Assembly: GCA_030390025.1 (NCBI GenBank)
Contig: CM059432.1
Span: 248,001 to 312,000 of the forward strand
Reading direction: 5' to 3'
DNA from: Squalus acanthias
Lineage: Eukaryota
DNA: 64,000 bases
Shown piece by piece: positions 12,227-24,161 of the stretch. The notes below the pieces were generated by a model. The model did not search any database, was not told the DNA's origin, and worked only from the letters and a program-made list of their open reading frames with translations. The stretch's first letter is position 1; every line of letters begins with the position of its first letter. The position numbers and the translations under genes are program-made.

Positions 12227-14812
12227 CGGTTCCGACTTATCCCACGTGGATTCCAACTAAACTTCCACCCTTCGTGTTTCGGATCAACCCAGGATTACAA
12301 ATATCTCCAAGATATTCATCGTTCCTCGAACTACTGCTCTCGCCGCATCTTGAGATCCACGCTCAACGCCATGCGGCGCCACATGAACACTCTCGACCTC
12401 TCTCTTCAGCAGCACCGACGCACTCTATCTCAAAGCTGTCCGGGTCCACAGTTCCATTTCATCCTTAGACTCATCCGACGCTTCAACAAAAAACTTTTCT
12501 TTTTCCTTTCCAATGTCAAGGATCGCAAGCTTCAACAACTCTCGGACACTAACGCCCCTCCGGAATCTTCTTCCCCTTCACTTTCCTCTGACCCCCCTTC
12601 TCCCAATCTCACCCCCTGCCGTGTTTTCACCATCCCCTCTGACCTTCCCCTCTCTGACTCCGAACGATCAGTCCTCAGCAAAGGCCTGAGCTTCATCCCC
12701 TTACGCCCCCATCTCAATGAATTTCGAGCTCGGCACGATGCTGAGCTCTTTTTCCGCCGCCTCCATCTCCATGCCCACTTCTCTGGCCAGGAGTCTTCCC
12801 CCCATACGGCTGACCCTTTCTCCCGCTTTCAGAATTCTCGTTCCACCTGGACCCCTCCCTCTGGCCTCTTACCCTCTCTAGATCTTTTCATTGTTAACTG
12901 CCGTCGTGACATCGGCCAGCTCAATTTCTCTGCTCCCCTCTCTCACTCCAACCTACCTCCCTCTGAACTTGCAGCACTCTATTCCCTCAGATCCAACCCC
13001 GACATTGTCATTAAACCTGCTGACAAGGGTGGTGCTGTTGTTGTTTGGCGAACCGACCTCTACCTAGCGGAAGTTGAACGCCAACTCTCCGACACCTCCT
13101 CCTACCTCCACCTGGACCATGACCCCACTACCGAACATCAAGCCACTGTGTCCAAGACTGTCACTGACCTCATCTCCTCTGGTGATCTTCCCCCCACGGC
13201 CGCCAACCTCATAGTTACCCAACCCCGCACAGCCCGCTTCTACCTCCTTCCCAAGATCCACAAACAGGACTGCCCCGGTAGACCCATCGTTTCAGCCTGT
13301 TCTTGCCCCACGGAACTTATCTCTTCCTATCTCGACTCTATTTTTTCTCCCCTTGTCCAGTCTCTTCCCACCTACATCCGCGACTCTTCCGATGCCCTCC
13401 GCCATTTTAACAGTTTCCAGTTTCCCGGCCCCAACCGTCTCCTCTTCACTATGGACGTACAATCCCTCTACAGCTCCATTCCCCACCAGGATGGCCTGAG
13501 GGCGCTCCGCTTCTTCCTTGAACAGAGGCCCAACCAGTCCCCATCCACCGCCACCCTCCTCCGCCTGGCTGAACTTGTTCTCACATTGAACAACTTCTCC
13601 TTTGACTCTACCCATTTCCTCCAAATTAAAGGTGTTGCTATGGGTACCCGCATGGGTCCTAGCTATGCCTGCCTTTTCGTGGGATATGTGGAACACTCTT
13701 TGTTCCAGTCCTACTCGGGTCCCCTCCCTCACCTCTTTTTCCGGTACATTGATGACTGTATCGGTGCCGTCTCCTGCTCTCGCCCTGAACTAGAACATTT
13801 CATTCACTATGCTTCCAATTTCCACCCTTCCCTCACCTTCACATGGTCCATCTCCGACTCTTCCCTTCCCTTCCTCGACTTCTCCATCTCCATCTCTGGG
13901 GATAGGTTATTGACTAACATTCACTACAAGCCCACCGACTCCCACAGCTACCTGGACTACACTTCCTCCCACCCCGCCTCCTGTAGGGACTCTATTCCAT
14001 TCTCCCAGTTTCTCCGTCTCCGCCGCATCTGCTCCGACGATGCCACCTTCCATACCAGTGCTTCTGACATGTCTTCCTTTTTCCTCAACCGAGGATTCCC
14101 CTCTACCGTGGTCGACACGGCCCTCGACCGTGTCCATTCTATCTCCTGCACTTCTGCCCTCACCCCTGCCCCTCCCTCCCGGAACCACGATAGGGTTCCC
14201 CTTGTCCTCACCTTTCACCCCACCAGCCTCCACATTCAACGGATCATCCTCCGCCATTTCCGCCACCTCCAGCGTGATCCCACCACCAAACGCATCTTCC
14301 CCTCACCTCCCCTTTCAGCATTCCGCAGGGACCGCTCCCTCCGCGACACCCTAGTCCACTCTACCACCCCCAGCACCCCTTCCCCTTCGCCCAGCACCTT
14401 CCCGTGCAAGACCAGCAGATGCAACACATGCTCTTATACCTCCCCTCTTCCCACTATCCAGGGCCCCAAACACCCCTTCCAGGTGAAACAGCGATTTACT
14501 TGTAGTTCTTGCAATTTAATATACTGTGTTCGCTGCTCACGATGTGGTCTCCTCTACATTGGGGAGACCAAACGCAGATTGGGTGACCGCTTTGCGGAAC
14601 ACCTCCGTTCAGTCCGTAAGGGGGACCCCGAGCTCCCGGTGGCCTGTCACTTTAATTCACCGCTTCACTCCCACTCTGACCTCACCGTCCTCGGCCTCGT
14701 GCATTGTTCCACGGAAGCGCAGCGTAAGCTCGAGGAACAGCACCTCATCTTTCGTTTAGGCACGCTACAGCCCTCTGGACTCAATATCGAGTTCAACAAT
14801 TTTAGATCATAA
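12227..14812 (+). CDS. Penelope-like reverse transcriptase / GIY-YIG endonuclease, open from the truncation point
   Basis: IKPADKGGAVV, FYLLPKIHK, GRPIVS, MDVQSLY, GVAMGTRMGP, RYIDD, Cys-rich linker CKTSRCNTC, IYCVRCSRCGLLYIGET; the frame is open upstream of the listed ORF (RFRLIPRGFQL...). Confidence 0.9.
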   Translation, partial: RFRLIPRGFQLNFHPSCFGSTQDYKYLQDIHRSSNYCSRRILRSTLNAMRRHMNTLDLSLQQHRRTLSQSCPGPQFHFILRLIRRFNKKLFFFLSNVKDRKLQQLSDTNAPPESSSPSLSSDPPSPNLTPCRVFTIPSDLPLSDSERSVLSKGLSFIPLRPHLNEFRARHDAELFFRRLHLHAHFSGQESSPHTADPFSRFQNSRSTWTPPSGLLPSLDLFIVNCRRDIGQLNFSAPLSHSNLPPSELAALYSLRSNPDIVIKPADKGGAVVVWRTDLYLAEVERQLSDTSSYLHLDHDPTTEHQATVSKTVTDLISSGDLPPTAANLIVTQPRTARFYLLPKIHKQDCPGRPIVSACSCPTELISSYLDSIFSPLVQSLPTYIRDSSDALRHFNSFQFPGPNRLLFTMDVQSLYSSIPHQDGLRALRFFLEQRPNQSPSTATLLRLAELVLTLNNFSFDSTHFLQIKGVAMGTRMGPSYACLFVGYVEHSLFQSYSGPLPHLFFRYIDDCIGAVSCSRPELEHFIHYASNFHPSLTFTWSISDSSLPFLDFSISISGDRLLTNIHYKPTDSHSYLDYTSSHPASCRDSIPFSQFLRLRRICSDDATFHTSASDMSSFFLNRGFPSTVVDTALDRVHSISCTSALTPAPPSRNHDRVPLVLTFHPTSLHIQRIILRHFRHLQRDPTTKRIFPSPPLSAFRRDRSLRDTLVHSTTPSTPSPSPSTFPCKTSRCNTCSYTSPLPTIQGPKHPFQVKQRFTCSSCNLIYCVRCSRCGLLYIGETKRRLGDRFAEHLRSVRKGDPELPVACHFNSPLHSHSDLTVLGLVHCSTEAQRKLEEQHLIFRLGTLQPSGLNIEFNNFRS

Positions 14813-15102
14813 CCTCAGCCCCTATCACATTTATATTTTATTTTTTCATCCACCCTTTTATTTGCCCCCCCCCACCCCACTTTTCTTTTTTTTTCCTCCT
14901 AGAAGCTGGCAGCTGTCCTTCATTCTGCCAGTGGATTTCACACTTCTTTCAGCCTTAACCTGTCACATTAACACCACCTCTTGCCTTGCATATCTCTTAA
15001 TGTCTCTTAATGTCTCTCCATCTCCCCCTTTGTTCCTTTATCCCCTCCCCCTTTTCCCAGCTTTACTCTGGCCTTAAATCTATTTGATTTCCGGCTCTTT
15101 CC

Positions 15103-15139
15103 AGTTCTGACGAAAGGTCATCGACCTGAAACGTTAACT
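15103..15139 (+). ncRNA. Minimal type I hammerhead ribozyme motif in the Penelope 3' terminal region
   Basis: AGTT-CTGACGA-A-AGGTC ATC GACCT-GAAA-CGTT-AACT: catalytic core, stem II, palindromic AACGTT stem III, 4-bp stem I. Confidence 0.8.
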
Positions 15140-17914
15140 CTCTTTCTCTCTCCACGGATGTTGCCTGGCCTGCTGAGTTTTTCCAGCGTTTTCTGTTGTT
15201 ATTTTAGATATAATATCTCCAAGTTTGCAGACGACACAAAGCTGGGTGGGCGTGTGTGCTGTGAGGAGGATGCAGAGAAACTCCAGTATGATTTGGACAG
15301 GTTGGGTGATTGGGCAAATGCATGGCAGATGCAGTATAATGTGGATAAATGCGAGGTTATCCACTTTGGTGGCAAAAACAGGAAGACAGATTATTATCTG
15401 AACGGCAATAGATTGGGAAAAGGGGAAGTGCAACGAGACCTGGGTGTCCTTGTGCACCAGTCGCTGAAGGTAAGCATGCAGGTGCAGCAGGCGGTTAAGA
15501 AGGCAAATGGTATGTTGGCCTTCATAGCGAGAGGATTCGAGTACAGGAGCAAGGATGTCTTGCTGCAGTTGTACAGGGCCTTGGTGAGACTACACCTTGA
15601 GTATTGTGTGCAGTTTTGGTCGCCTTATCTGAGGAAGGATGTTCTTGCCATGGAGGGAGTGCAGCGAAGATTCACCAGACTGATACCTGGGATGGCAGGA
15701 ATGACGTATGAAGAGAGATTGGGTCGATTAGGCTTATACTCGCTAGAGTTTAGAAGAATGAGAGGGGATCTCATTGAAACTTATAAAATTCTAACAGGAC
15801 TAGACAGACTGGATGCAGGAAGGATGTTCCCGATGGCGGGGGAGTCCAGAACCAGGGGTCACAGTCTAAGGATAAGGGGTAAGCCATTTAGGACTGAGAT
15901 GAGGAGGAATTTCTTCACCCAGAGAGTGGTGAACCTGTGGAATTCTCTACCACACAAGGCAGTTGAGGCCAATTCATTAAATATATTCAAGAAGGATTTA
16001 GATATATTTCTTAAGGCTAAAGGGATCAAGGGATATGGGGAGAAAGCAGGGACAGGGTACTGAATTTGGATGATCAGCCATGATCTCATTAAATGGCGGA
16101 ACAGGCTCGAGGGGCCGAATGGCCTACTCCTGCTCCTATCTTCTATGTTTCTATGAAAGGGAGGTTGGAGATTGGTAGTTTGCAAGGACGGAGGGGGGTC
16201 AAGGTTTTTTGAGGAGGGGGTGATAACGGCAGATTTGAAGAAGAGGGGGACAGAACCTGAGGAGAGAGAACCGTTAACAATATCAGCTAACACGGGAGCC
16301 TGAAAAAGAAGTTGGTGGTCAGCAGTTTGGTGGGAATAGGGTCGAGGGAGCAGGAGGTGGGTCTCATGGACAAGATGAGCGCGGAGAGGTCATGAGGGGA
16401 GATCGGAGAGAAACTGGAGAAAGATGTGAGTTCAGGACAGGGGGGAACCATAGACGAAGTTTGGCCCAGTGGGCTAGGGGAAGGAAGGGAAGTGGCAGAG
16501 GCAGCTGAACGGATGGTCTCAATCTTAGAGACAAAGAAGTCCATGAGCTCCTCGGACTTTTTGTTGGAGGTGAGGGTGGAGGAGACAGGGGAGAGGGGTT
16601 TAAGAAGACGGTTAGCAGTAGAGAATAGGAGCCGGGGTTTATCTTTGCATTCCAGAATGATTCTGGAATAGTGAGCAATTTTGGCAGATGAGAGCAGGAC
16701 CCGATAATGCTTTATGTCCAGCCAGATCTGGCGGTGAATGGCTAAACCGGTTGTCCGCCATATCGTTCAAGTCTGCGATCCCTTGGAATTAAGGGAGCGA
16801 AGATGAGGGCCATACTGGGGGAACGGCTAGGGTGAGCGAGAGTAATTGTTCTAGTAGAGACTGGGGCATCAAAGATGGTGGTGAGGGTGTGGTTGAGCAG
16901 ATCGGTAGCTGCAGAAATGTTATGGTGAATGGAGGGCCAAAGGCTGGACAGTTGGGATTTCATAAGTGCTGTTATAAGAGAGTTGGGAGAGAATTTTTCC
17001 AGGGGTGGACACAGAAGGAAGGAGGGTTGGTGGGAGGAAGGGGGATGTGGGTGGTGAGCGATACGAGGAAGTGGTCAGTGATGGCTTTATCTGCGAATGA
17101 CACGATAGGAGTAGCGAGGCCACGAGAGGTGACAAGGTCGAGGGGGTGGCCGTGAATATGGGTTGGGGAGTTTACATGGAGGGAGAGATTAAGGGAGGAT
17201 AGGAGGCTAGTGAACTCAGAGGAGAGAGAGCATGATGAATTGAGATGGAGGTTGAAATCACCGAGGATGAGAAGTCATTTGGGGCAGAGGCCGAGGGAGG
17301 AGAACAGTGAAGATATCTCGGTGATAATATTAATGGTACTTAGGTGGGTGGTAGAGAATGGGAATTTTAAATGAGAGGTGAGGTGGAATAAGCTGAGATG
17401 CTCAAAGGAGGAGAAACTGCCGAATGAGTAGGGGGACAGACCAAGGTGTGATTTGGTGATGAGAGCCACACCGCCACCATGGCAGTCTGAGCGGGGCAAG
17501 TGGTGGAAGGTCTAGCCAGGCGGGGAGGCTTCATTGGTAAGGTGTCATCACCCCTCAACCAAGTTCCCGTCAGGGCCATGATGTCGATGCAGTCATCCCC
17601 GATAAGCTCATGGATGGCAAGGGCCTTGTTCGCAAGTGAACGGACATTCTGGAGGGAGATGCGGAGAGGGTCGGTGATGGCTGCCCCACTGCCAGTGTCC
17701 ACAGGGTCAGCGCTGGGGGGGGGGGGGAGTTGGACGGGAAGGAGATTGGGAAGATTTGCCCCCCGCGGTTACGCTGGGCGGGAAGGTCGGCGAGAGAGTA
17801 GGATGGGACAGCTGGGGTTGCTGCTCGAGTAGAGGCAACGACGAGGCACTCCGGATCCTACACAGCAAGTGTCGGCAGCCAAATACTCCTGTCCTCACTA
17901 TATGTGTATTGAAT

Positions 17915-18170
17915 GAGAGTTCAAATCCCACCTTGGGCAGTGTGAGAATTCAAATTCAGTGTCAAAAAAAACTGAAAAAAAAGACAGAATCAGTAAAAGT
18001 GACCATGAAGCTGTGAGATTGTCGTAAAACCCATCCGGTTCACTGATGTCCTTTAGGGAAGGAAATCTGCCCCCCTTACCTGGTCAGGCCGATATGTGAC
18101 TCCAGACCCACAGCAATGTGGTTGACTCTTAACTGCCCTCTGAAATGGTCTAGTAAAGCACCCAGTGCCC
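17915..18170 (+). mobile_element. tRNA-derived SINE (family B), 5'-truncated
   Basis: B-box-like GAGTTCAAATCCC; body GGTTCACTGATGTCCTTTAGGGAAGG...GTGACTCCAG shared with 39255-39545 and 57648-57965. Confidence 0.7.
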
Positions 18171-18171
18171 T

Positions 18172-18545
18172 AGTACAAAGGCAAAATACTGCGGATGCTG
18201 GAAATCTGAAATAAAAACAGAAAATGTTGGAAATACTCAGTAGGTCAGGCAGCATCTGTGGAGAGAGAAACAGAGTTAACGTTTCAGGTCGATGACCCTT
18301 CGTCAGAACTGGAAAAAGTAGGAGATAGAACAGGTTTTTAAGCAAGTGCAGGGGCAGGGAGAGGGATGAGGGGAGGAAAGAACAAAAGGGAAGGTCTGTG
18401 ATAGGGTGGAAGGCAGGAGAGATTAAGAGACAAAAGGGATGATGGTGCGAGGCAAAAGGAGATGGTAATGGGACAAGTTAAGAAACAAAAGATGACTCCA
18501 GATGAAGTGTAAATGCGAATGGCAGAATGATCGACAGCTGCCATG
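18172..18545 (-). mobile_element. Penelope-like 3' terminal fragment with a hammerhead motif at 18274-18310
   Basis: Reverse complement reads CCAGTTCTGACGAAGGGTCATCGACCTGAAACGTTAACTCTG, homologous to 15100-15204. Confidence 0.82.
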
Positions 18546-18547
18546 TG

Positions 18548-20102
18548 AACATAAGAACATAAGAAATAGGAGCAGGAGTAGGCCAATCGGCCCCTCGAGC
18601 CTGCTCCGCCATTCAATAAGATCATGGCTGATCTGATCCAACCTCAACTCTAAAGAACACAAGAAGTAGGAGCAGGACCCGGCCACTCAGCCCCTGGGCC
18701 CGCTCCGCCACCCACAGGGCCTTGACCGATCCGAACTCAAACTCATGTCCAATTTCCAGCCCGCTCCCCGTAACCCCTAATTCCCTTTACTTCTAGGAAA
18801 CTGTCTATTTCTGTTTTAAATTTATTTAATGAAGTAGCTTCCACAGCTTCCTGGGGTAGCAAATTCCACAGACCCACTACCCTCTGAGTGAAAAAGTTTC
18901 TCCTCATCTCAGTTTTGAAAGAGCAGCCCCTTATTCTAAGATTATGTCCCCTAGTTCTAGTTTCACCCATCATTGGGAACATCCTCACCGCGTCCACCCG
19001 ATCAAGCCCCTTCACAATCTTATATGTTTCAATAAGATCGCCTCTCATTCTTCTGAACTCCAATGAGTAGAGTCCCAATCTACTCAACCTCTCCTCGTAT
19101 GTCCACCCCCTCATCCCTGGAATTAACCGAGTGAACCTTCTTTGTACTGCCTCGAGAGCAAGTATGTCTTTTCTTAACTATGGACACCAAAACTGTATGC
19201 AGTACTCCAGGTGCGGTCTCACCAATACCCTATACAACTGCAGCAATACCTCCCTGTTTTTATATTCTATCCCCCTAGCAATAAAAGCCAACATTCCATT
19301 GGCTTTCTTGATCACCTGCTGCACCTGCATACTAACTTTTTGATTTTCTTGCACCAAGACCCCCAGATCCCTTTGTACTGCAGTACTTTCCAGTTTCTTG
19401 CCATTAAGATAATAACTTGCTCTCTGATTTTTCCTGCCAAAGTGCATAACCTCACATTTTCCAATATTGTATTGCATCTGCCAAATCTCTGCCCACTCAC
19501 CCAGCCTGTCTATATCCCCTTGTAGGTTTTTTATGTCCTCCTCACTTTCTACTTTCCCTCCCATCTTTGTATCATCTGCAAACTTTGATATGTTACACTC
19601 GGTCCCCTCCTCCAAATCGTTAATATAGATTGTAAAGAGTTGGGGACCCAGCACCGACCCCTGCGGAACACCACTGGCTACTGGTTGCCAGTCCGAGAAT
19701 GAACCATTTATCCCAACTCTCTGCTTCCTGTTAGATAACCAATCCTCCACCCATGCCAGAATATTACCCCCAATCCAGTGATTTTTTATCTTGAGTAATA
19801 ATCTTTTATGTGGCACCTTGTCGAATGCCTTCTGGAAGTCTAAATACACTACATCCACTGGTTCCCCTTTATCCACCCTGTACGTTATGTCCTCAAAGAA
19901 CTCGAGCAAATTTGTCAGACATGACTTCCCCTTCATAAAGCCATGCTGACTTTGTCCTATTAAATTATGCTTATCTAAATGTTCCGTTACTGTCTCCTTA
20001 ATAATAGACTCCAAAATTTTACCCACCACAGATGTTAGGCTAACTGGTCTATAATTTCCAGCCTTCTGCCTACAACCCTTTTTAAATAAGGGTGTTACAT
20101 TA
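18548..20102 (-). mobile_element. CR1-type LINE 3' portion, well preserved
   Basis: ORFs 19178-20029 and 18743-19114 are in the same frame, separated by a stop; AACATAAG tail repeats. Confidence 0.93.
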
Positions 20103-20169
20103 GCAGAGAGAGAGAGGAAAAAAAGATAGAAAAAAAATGTTCTTTGCTCCCCTCCCGCTGAGGAGGACT

Positions 20170-20930
20170 GTCCTCGCCTGTGTCCTTTCTTATCTGTCCA
20201 GTCATAGCCAAAGAAACTCCTGCAACGGCTTCTCTTCCCGCTCCCACATCATTACCTCTGGTGTCCCCCAAGGATCTATCCTTGGTCTCCTCCTGTTTCT
20301 CATCTACATGTTGCCCCTTGGCAACATCATCCCAAAACACAGTGTCAGTTTCCACATGTGCGCTGACGACACCCAGCTCTACCTCACCACCACCTCTCTC
20401 GACCCCTCCACGGTCTCTAAATTGCCAGACTGCTTGTCTGACATCCAGTTCTGGATGAGCAGAAATTTCCTCCAACGAAACATTGGGAAAACTGAAGCTA
20501 TTGTCTTGGGTCCTCGGCACAAACTCCGTTCCCGAGCCATCGACTCCATCCCTCTCCCTGCCAACTGTGAGGCTGAACCAGACTGTTTGCAACCTTGGTC
20601 TCGTATTTGACCCCGAGATGACCATCCGACCTCATATCCTCTCCAGCACCAAGACCGCCTTCAGACTTGGTATCACACAACTCCATCCGAACCTCAGCTC
20701 ATCTGCTGAAACCCTCTTGCCTTGGTTACCTCTTGACTACTATGCTAATGCACTCCACCCTCCATAACTTGAGCTCAACCAAATCTCTGCTCCCCGTATT
20801 CTAACTCGCATCAAATTCTGTTCACCCATTACCCCTAGCTTCTGGTGAAACAATGCCTCGATTTCAAAATTCTCATCCTCGTTTTCAAATCCCTCCCTGG
20901 CCTCGCCCCTCCCAATCTCTGTAACCAACC
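20170..20930 (+). mobile_element. L2-type LINE fragment
   Basis: SGVPQGSILG...ADDTQLY; homologous to 9238-12190. Confidence 0.85.
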
Positions 20931-20957
20931 TAGTCAGATGGTCATCGGTTCTTTCCA

Positions 20958-21291
20958 GCATTTGAGCACAAAATCTGCATCAGAGGGGCGGTACAGAGGG
21001 AGCGCCGCACTGTCAGAGGGGCAGTACTGAGGGAGCGCCGCACTGTCGGAGGGACAGTACTGAGGGAGCGCTGCACTGTCGGAGGAGCAGTACTGAGGGA
21101 GCGCCGCACTGTCGGAGGGGCAGTACTGAGGGAGCGCTGCACTGTCGGAGGGGCAGTACTGAGGGAGCGCCGCACTGTCGGAGGGGCAGTACTGAGGGAG
21201 CGCCGCACTGTCGGAGGGGGCAGTACTGAGGGAGCGCTGCACTGTCGGAGGGGCAGTACTGAGGGAGCGCCGCACTGTCAGAGGGGCAGTA
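20958..21291 (+). repeat. 33-bp minisatellite (~9 units) in a Deu-SINE remnant
   Basis: Unit GGCAGTACTGAGGGAGCGCCGCACTGTCGGAGG preceded by the SINE piece TTGAGCACAAAATCT. Confidence 0.9.
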
Positions 21292-22840
21292 AACATAGAA
21301 GATAGGAGCAGGATAGGCCATTCGGCCCCTCGAGCCTGTTCCGCCATTTAATGAGATCATGGCTGATCATCCAAATTCAGTACCCTGTCCCTGCTTTCTC
21401 CCCATATCCCTTGATCTCTTTAGCCTTAAGAAATATATCGAACTCCTTCTTGAATATATTTAATGAATTGGCCTCAACTGCCTTGTGTGGTAGAGAATTC
21501 CACAGGTTCACCACTCTCTGGGTAAAGAAATTCCTCCTCATCTCAGTCCTAAATGGCTTGCCCCTTATCCTTAGACTGTGACCCCTGGTTCTGGACTCCC
21601 CCGCCATCGGGAACATACTTCCTGCATCCAGTCTGTCTAGTCCTGTTAGAATTTTATAAGTTTCAATGAGATCCCCTCTCATTCTTCTAAACTCTAGCGA
21701 GTATAAGCCCAATCGACCCAATCTCTCTTCATACGTCATTCCTGCCATCCCAGGTATCAGTCTGGTGAATCTTCGCTGCACTCCCTCCATGGCAAGAACA
21801 TCCTTCCTCAGATAAGGCGACCAAAACTGCACACAATACTCAAGGTGTAGTCTCACCAAGGCCTTGTACAACTGCAGCAAGACATCCTTGCTCCTGTACT
21901 CAAATCCTCTCACTATGAAGGCCAACATACCATTTGCCTTCTTAACCGCCTGCTGCACCTGCATGCTTACCTTCAGCAACTGGTGCACAAGGACACCCAG
22001 GTCTCGTTGCACTTCCCCTTTTCCCAATCTGTTGCCGTTCAGATAATAATCTGCCTTCCTGTTTTTGCCACCAAAGTGGATAACCTCGTATTTATGTTGG
22101 CCTTCATAGCAAGAGGATTCGAGTACAGGAGCAAGGATGTCTTGCTGTAGTTTATCCACATTATACTACATCTGCCCAATCACCCAACCTGTCCAAATCA
22201 TACTGGAGCATCTCTGCATCCTCCTCACAGCACACACGCCCACCCAGCTTTGTGTCGTCTGCAAACTTGGAGATATTACATCTAGTTCCCTTGTCTAGAT
22301 CATTAATATATATTGTGAATAGCTGGGGTCCTAGCACCGATCCCTGCGGTACCCCACTAGTCACTGCCTGCCACTTGGAAAAAGACCCATTTATTCCAAC
22401 TCTTTGCTTCCTGTCTACCAACCAGTTCTCTATCCAAGTCAATACCTTACCCCCAATCGCACGTGCTTTAACTTTGCACGCTAATCTCTTATGCGGGACC
22501 TTATCAAAAGCCTTCCAAAAGTCCAAATACACCACAGCCACTGGTTCTCCCTTATCTATTTTACCAGTTACATCCTCAAAAAATTCCAGTAGATTAGTCA
22601 AGCATAATTTACCTTTTGTAAATCCATGTTGACTTGTCCGATCCTGTCACTGTTTTCCAAGTGCTCTGCTATTACATCTCTTATAATGGACTCTAGCATT
22701 TTGCCCACTACCGATGTCAGGCTTACCGGTCTATAATTCCCCGTTTTCTCTCTCCCACCTTTTTTTAAATAGTGGGGTTACATTAGCTACCCTCCAATCC
22801 ATGGGAACTGTTCAATTTTGGAAGATGACCAGCAATGCAT
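21292..22840 (-). mobile_element. CR1-type LINE 3' portion with a short inverted self-insertion near 22094-22152
   Basis: ORFs 21377-22159 and 22161-22601 with RT motifs. Confidence 0.92.
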
Positions 22841-22937
22841 GGACTGAGGGAGCGCTGCACCATCGGAGGGGCAATACTGAGGGAGCACTGCACTGACTTT
22901 TTTTGAGGGGGGGGGGGGGGGGGGGGAAGAAAGAGAA

Positions 22938-24075
22938 ACGTGTATTTGGATTTCCAGAAGGCATTCAATAAGGTGCCACATGAAAGGTTACTACACAAGA
23001 TAAGAGCTCACGGGTTGGGGGTAATATATTAGCATGGATAGAGGATTGGCTAACAGTGTTGGGATAAATGGGTCATTTTCTGGTTGGCAAACTGTAACTA
23101 GTGAGGTGCCACAGGGATCAGTGCTGGGGCCTCAACTATTTTCAATCTATATTAATGACTTGGATGAAGGAAGTGAGTGTATTGTAGCCAAATTTGCTGA
23201 TGACAAAGATAGTTGAGAAAGCAAGTTGTGAGGAGGACACAGATTCTGCAAAGGGATATAGACAGGCTAAGTGAGTGGGCAAAGATTTGGCAGATGGAGT
23301 ATAATGTGGGAAAATGTGAGGTTATCCACTTTGGAAGAATGAAAAAGCAAATTATTTAAATGAGTGAGACTACAAAATGCTGCGGTACAGAGGGATCTGG
23401 GGGGGTCTTAGTACATGAAACACAAAATGTTAGCATGCAGGTACAGCAAGTAATTAGGAAGGCAAATGGAATGTTGGCCTTTATTGCAAGGGGTATGGAG
23501 TATAAAAGTAGGGAAGTGTTGATGTAACTTTACAGGGCGCTGGTGAGACTGCACCTGGAGCACTGCGTACAGTTGTGGTCTCCATATTTAAGGAAGGATA
23601 TACTTGCATTGGAGGCAGTGCAGAGAAGGTTCACTAGGTTGATTCCTGGGATGAAGGGGTTGATGGATGACAAAAGGTTGAGCCTACACACATTGGAGTT
23701 AAGAGTGAGAGGTGACCTTATTGAAACATAAGATACTGAGGGGGCTTGACAGGGTAGAGGCAGAGAAGATGTTTCCCCTCATGGGGAATCTAGAACTAGG
23801 GGGCAGAGTTTCAGAATAAGGGGTCACCCATTTAAGACAGAGATGAGGAGGAATTTCTTCTCAGAGGGTCATGAATCTTTGGAATTCTCTACCCCAGAGA
23901 GCTGCAGAGGTAGAGTCATGAATATATTCAAGGCAGAGATTGACAGACATTTGAACTACACGGGAGTCAAGGGGTATGGGGAAGAAAGCAGGAAAGTGGT
24001 GAGACAAGATTGGATCAGCCATGATCTTATTGAATGGCAGAGCCAGCTCGAGGGGCTGATTGGCCTACTCCTGTT
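22938..24075 (+). mobile_element. Decayed CR1-type LINE
   Basis: Frameshifted fragments [12 protein letters not shown]...KFADD, LEAVQRRFTRLIPG. Confidence 0.88.
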
Positions 24076-24155
24076 TATGGAAAAGAGTCATGCACTCACT
24101 CAGCATTCATTCATTGATGGCAGTTATTACACATGATTTTAATGTCCAAATACAT

Positions 24156-24161
24156 TTTATT
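24156..24161 (-). terminator. Probable actin polyadenylation signal AATAAA
   Basis: TTTATT on the plus strand about 800 nt past the stop codon, at the edge of unique sequence. Confidence 0.6.

Larger units (their letters stand above)
12226..15204 (+). mobile_element. Penelope-like retroelement (Neptune-like), 5'-truncated
   Basis: RT plus GIY-YIG ORF; 3' hammerhead motif; flanks TAGATGT (12219-12225) and TAGATAT (15205-15211); the empty site is visible in the sister CR1 near 22270-22290. Confidence 0.93.
12188..16154 (+). mobile_element. CR1-type LINE 3' part (12188-12225 and 15205-16154), interrupted by the Penelope element
   Basis: [15 protein letters not shown]...RRMRGDLIETYK...WNSLP; near-identical to the inverted copy at 21292-22840. 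Confidence 0.92.
9126..17880 (-). mobile_element. Long L2-type LINE split into three pieces (9126-9970, 11665-12187, 16155-~17880) by two CR1 insertions
   Basis: ORF fragments: APE endonuclease (LQNVRSLANK...DIMALTGTWL), RT (GVPQGSILGP...YADDTQLY) and C-terminus (HAFVTSRLDYSN...LHWLPV); the sequence resumes across both insertions; L2 3' tail at 9126-9190. Confidence 0.88.

Noticed and set aside
15205..22088. Inverted CR1 pair as the ends of a composite transposon
   Set aside because: Both copies have their own LINE tails and different 5' extents; independent insertions of one young subfamily suffice.
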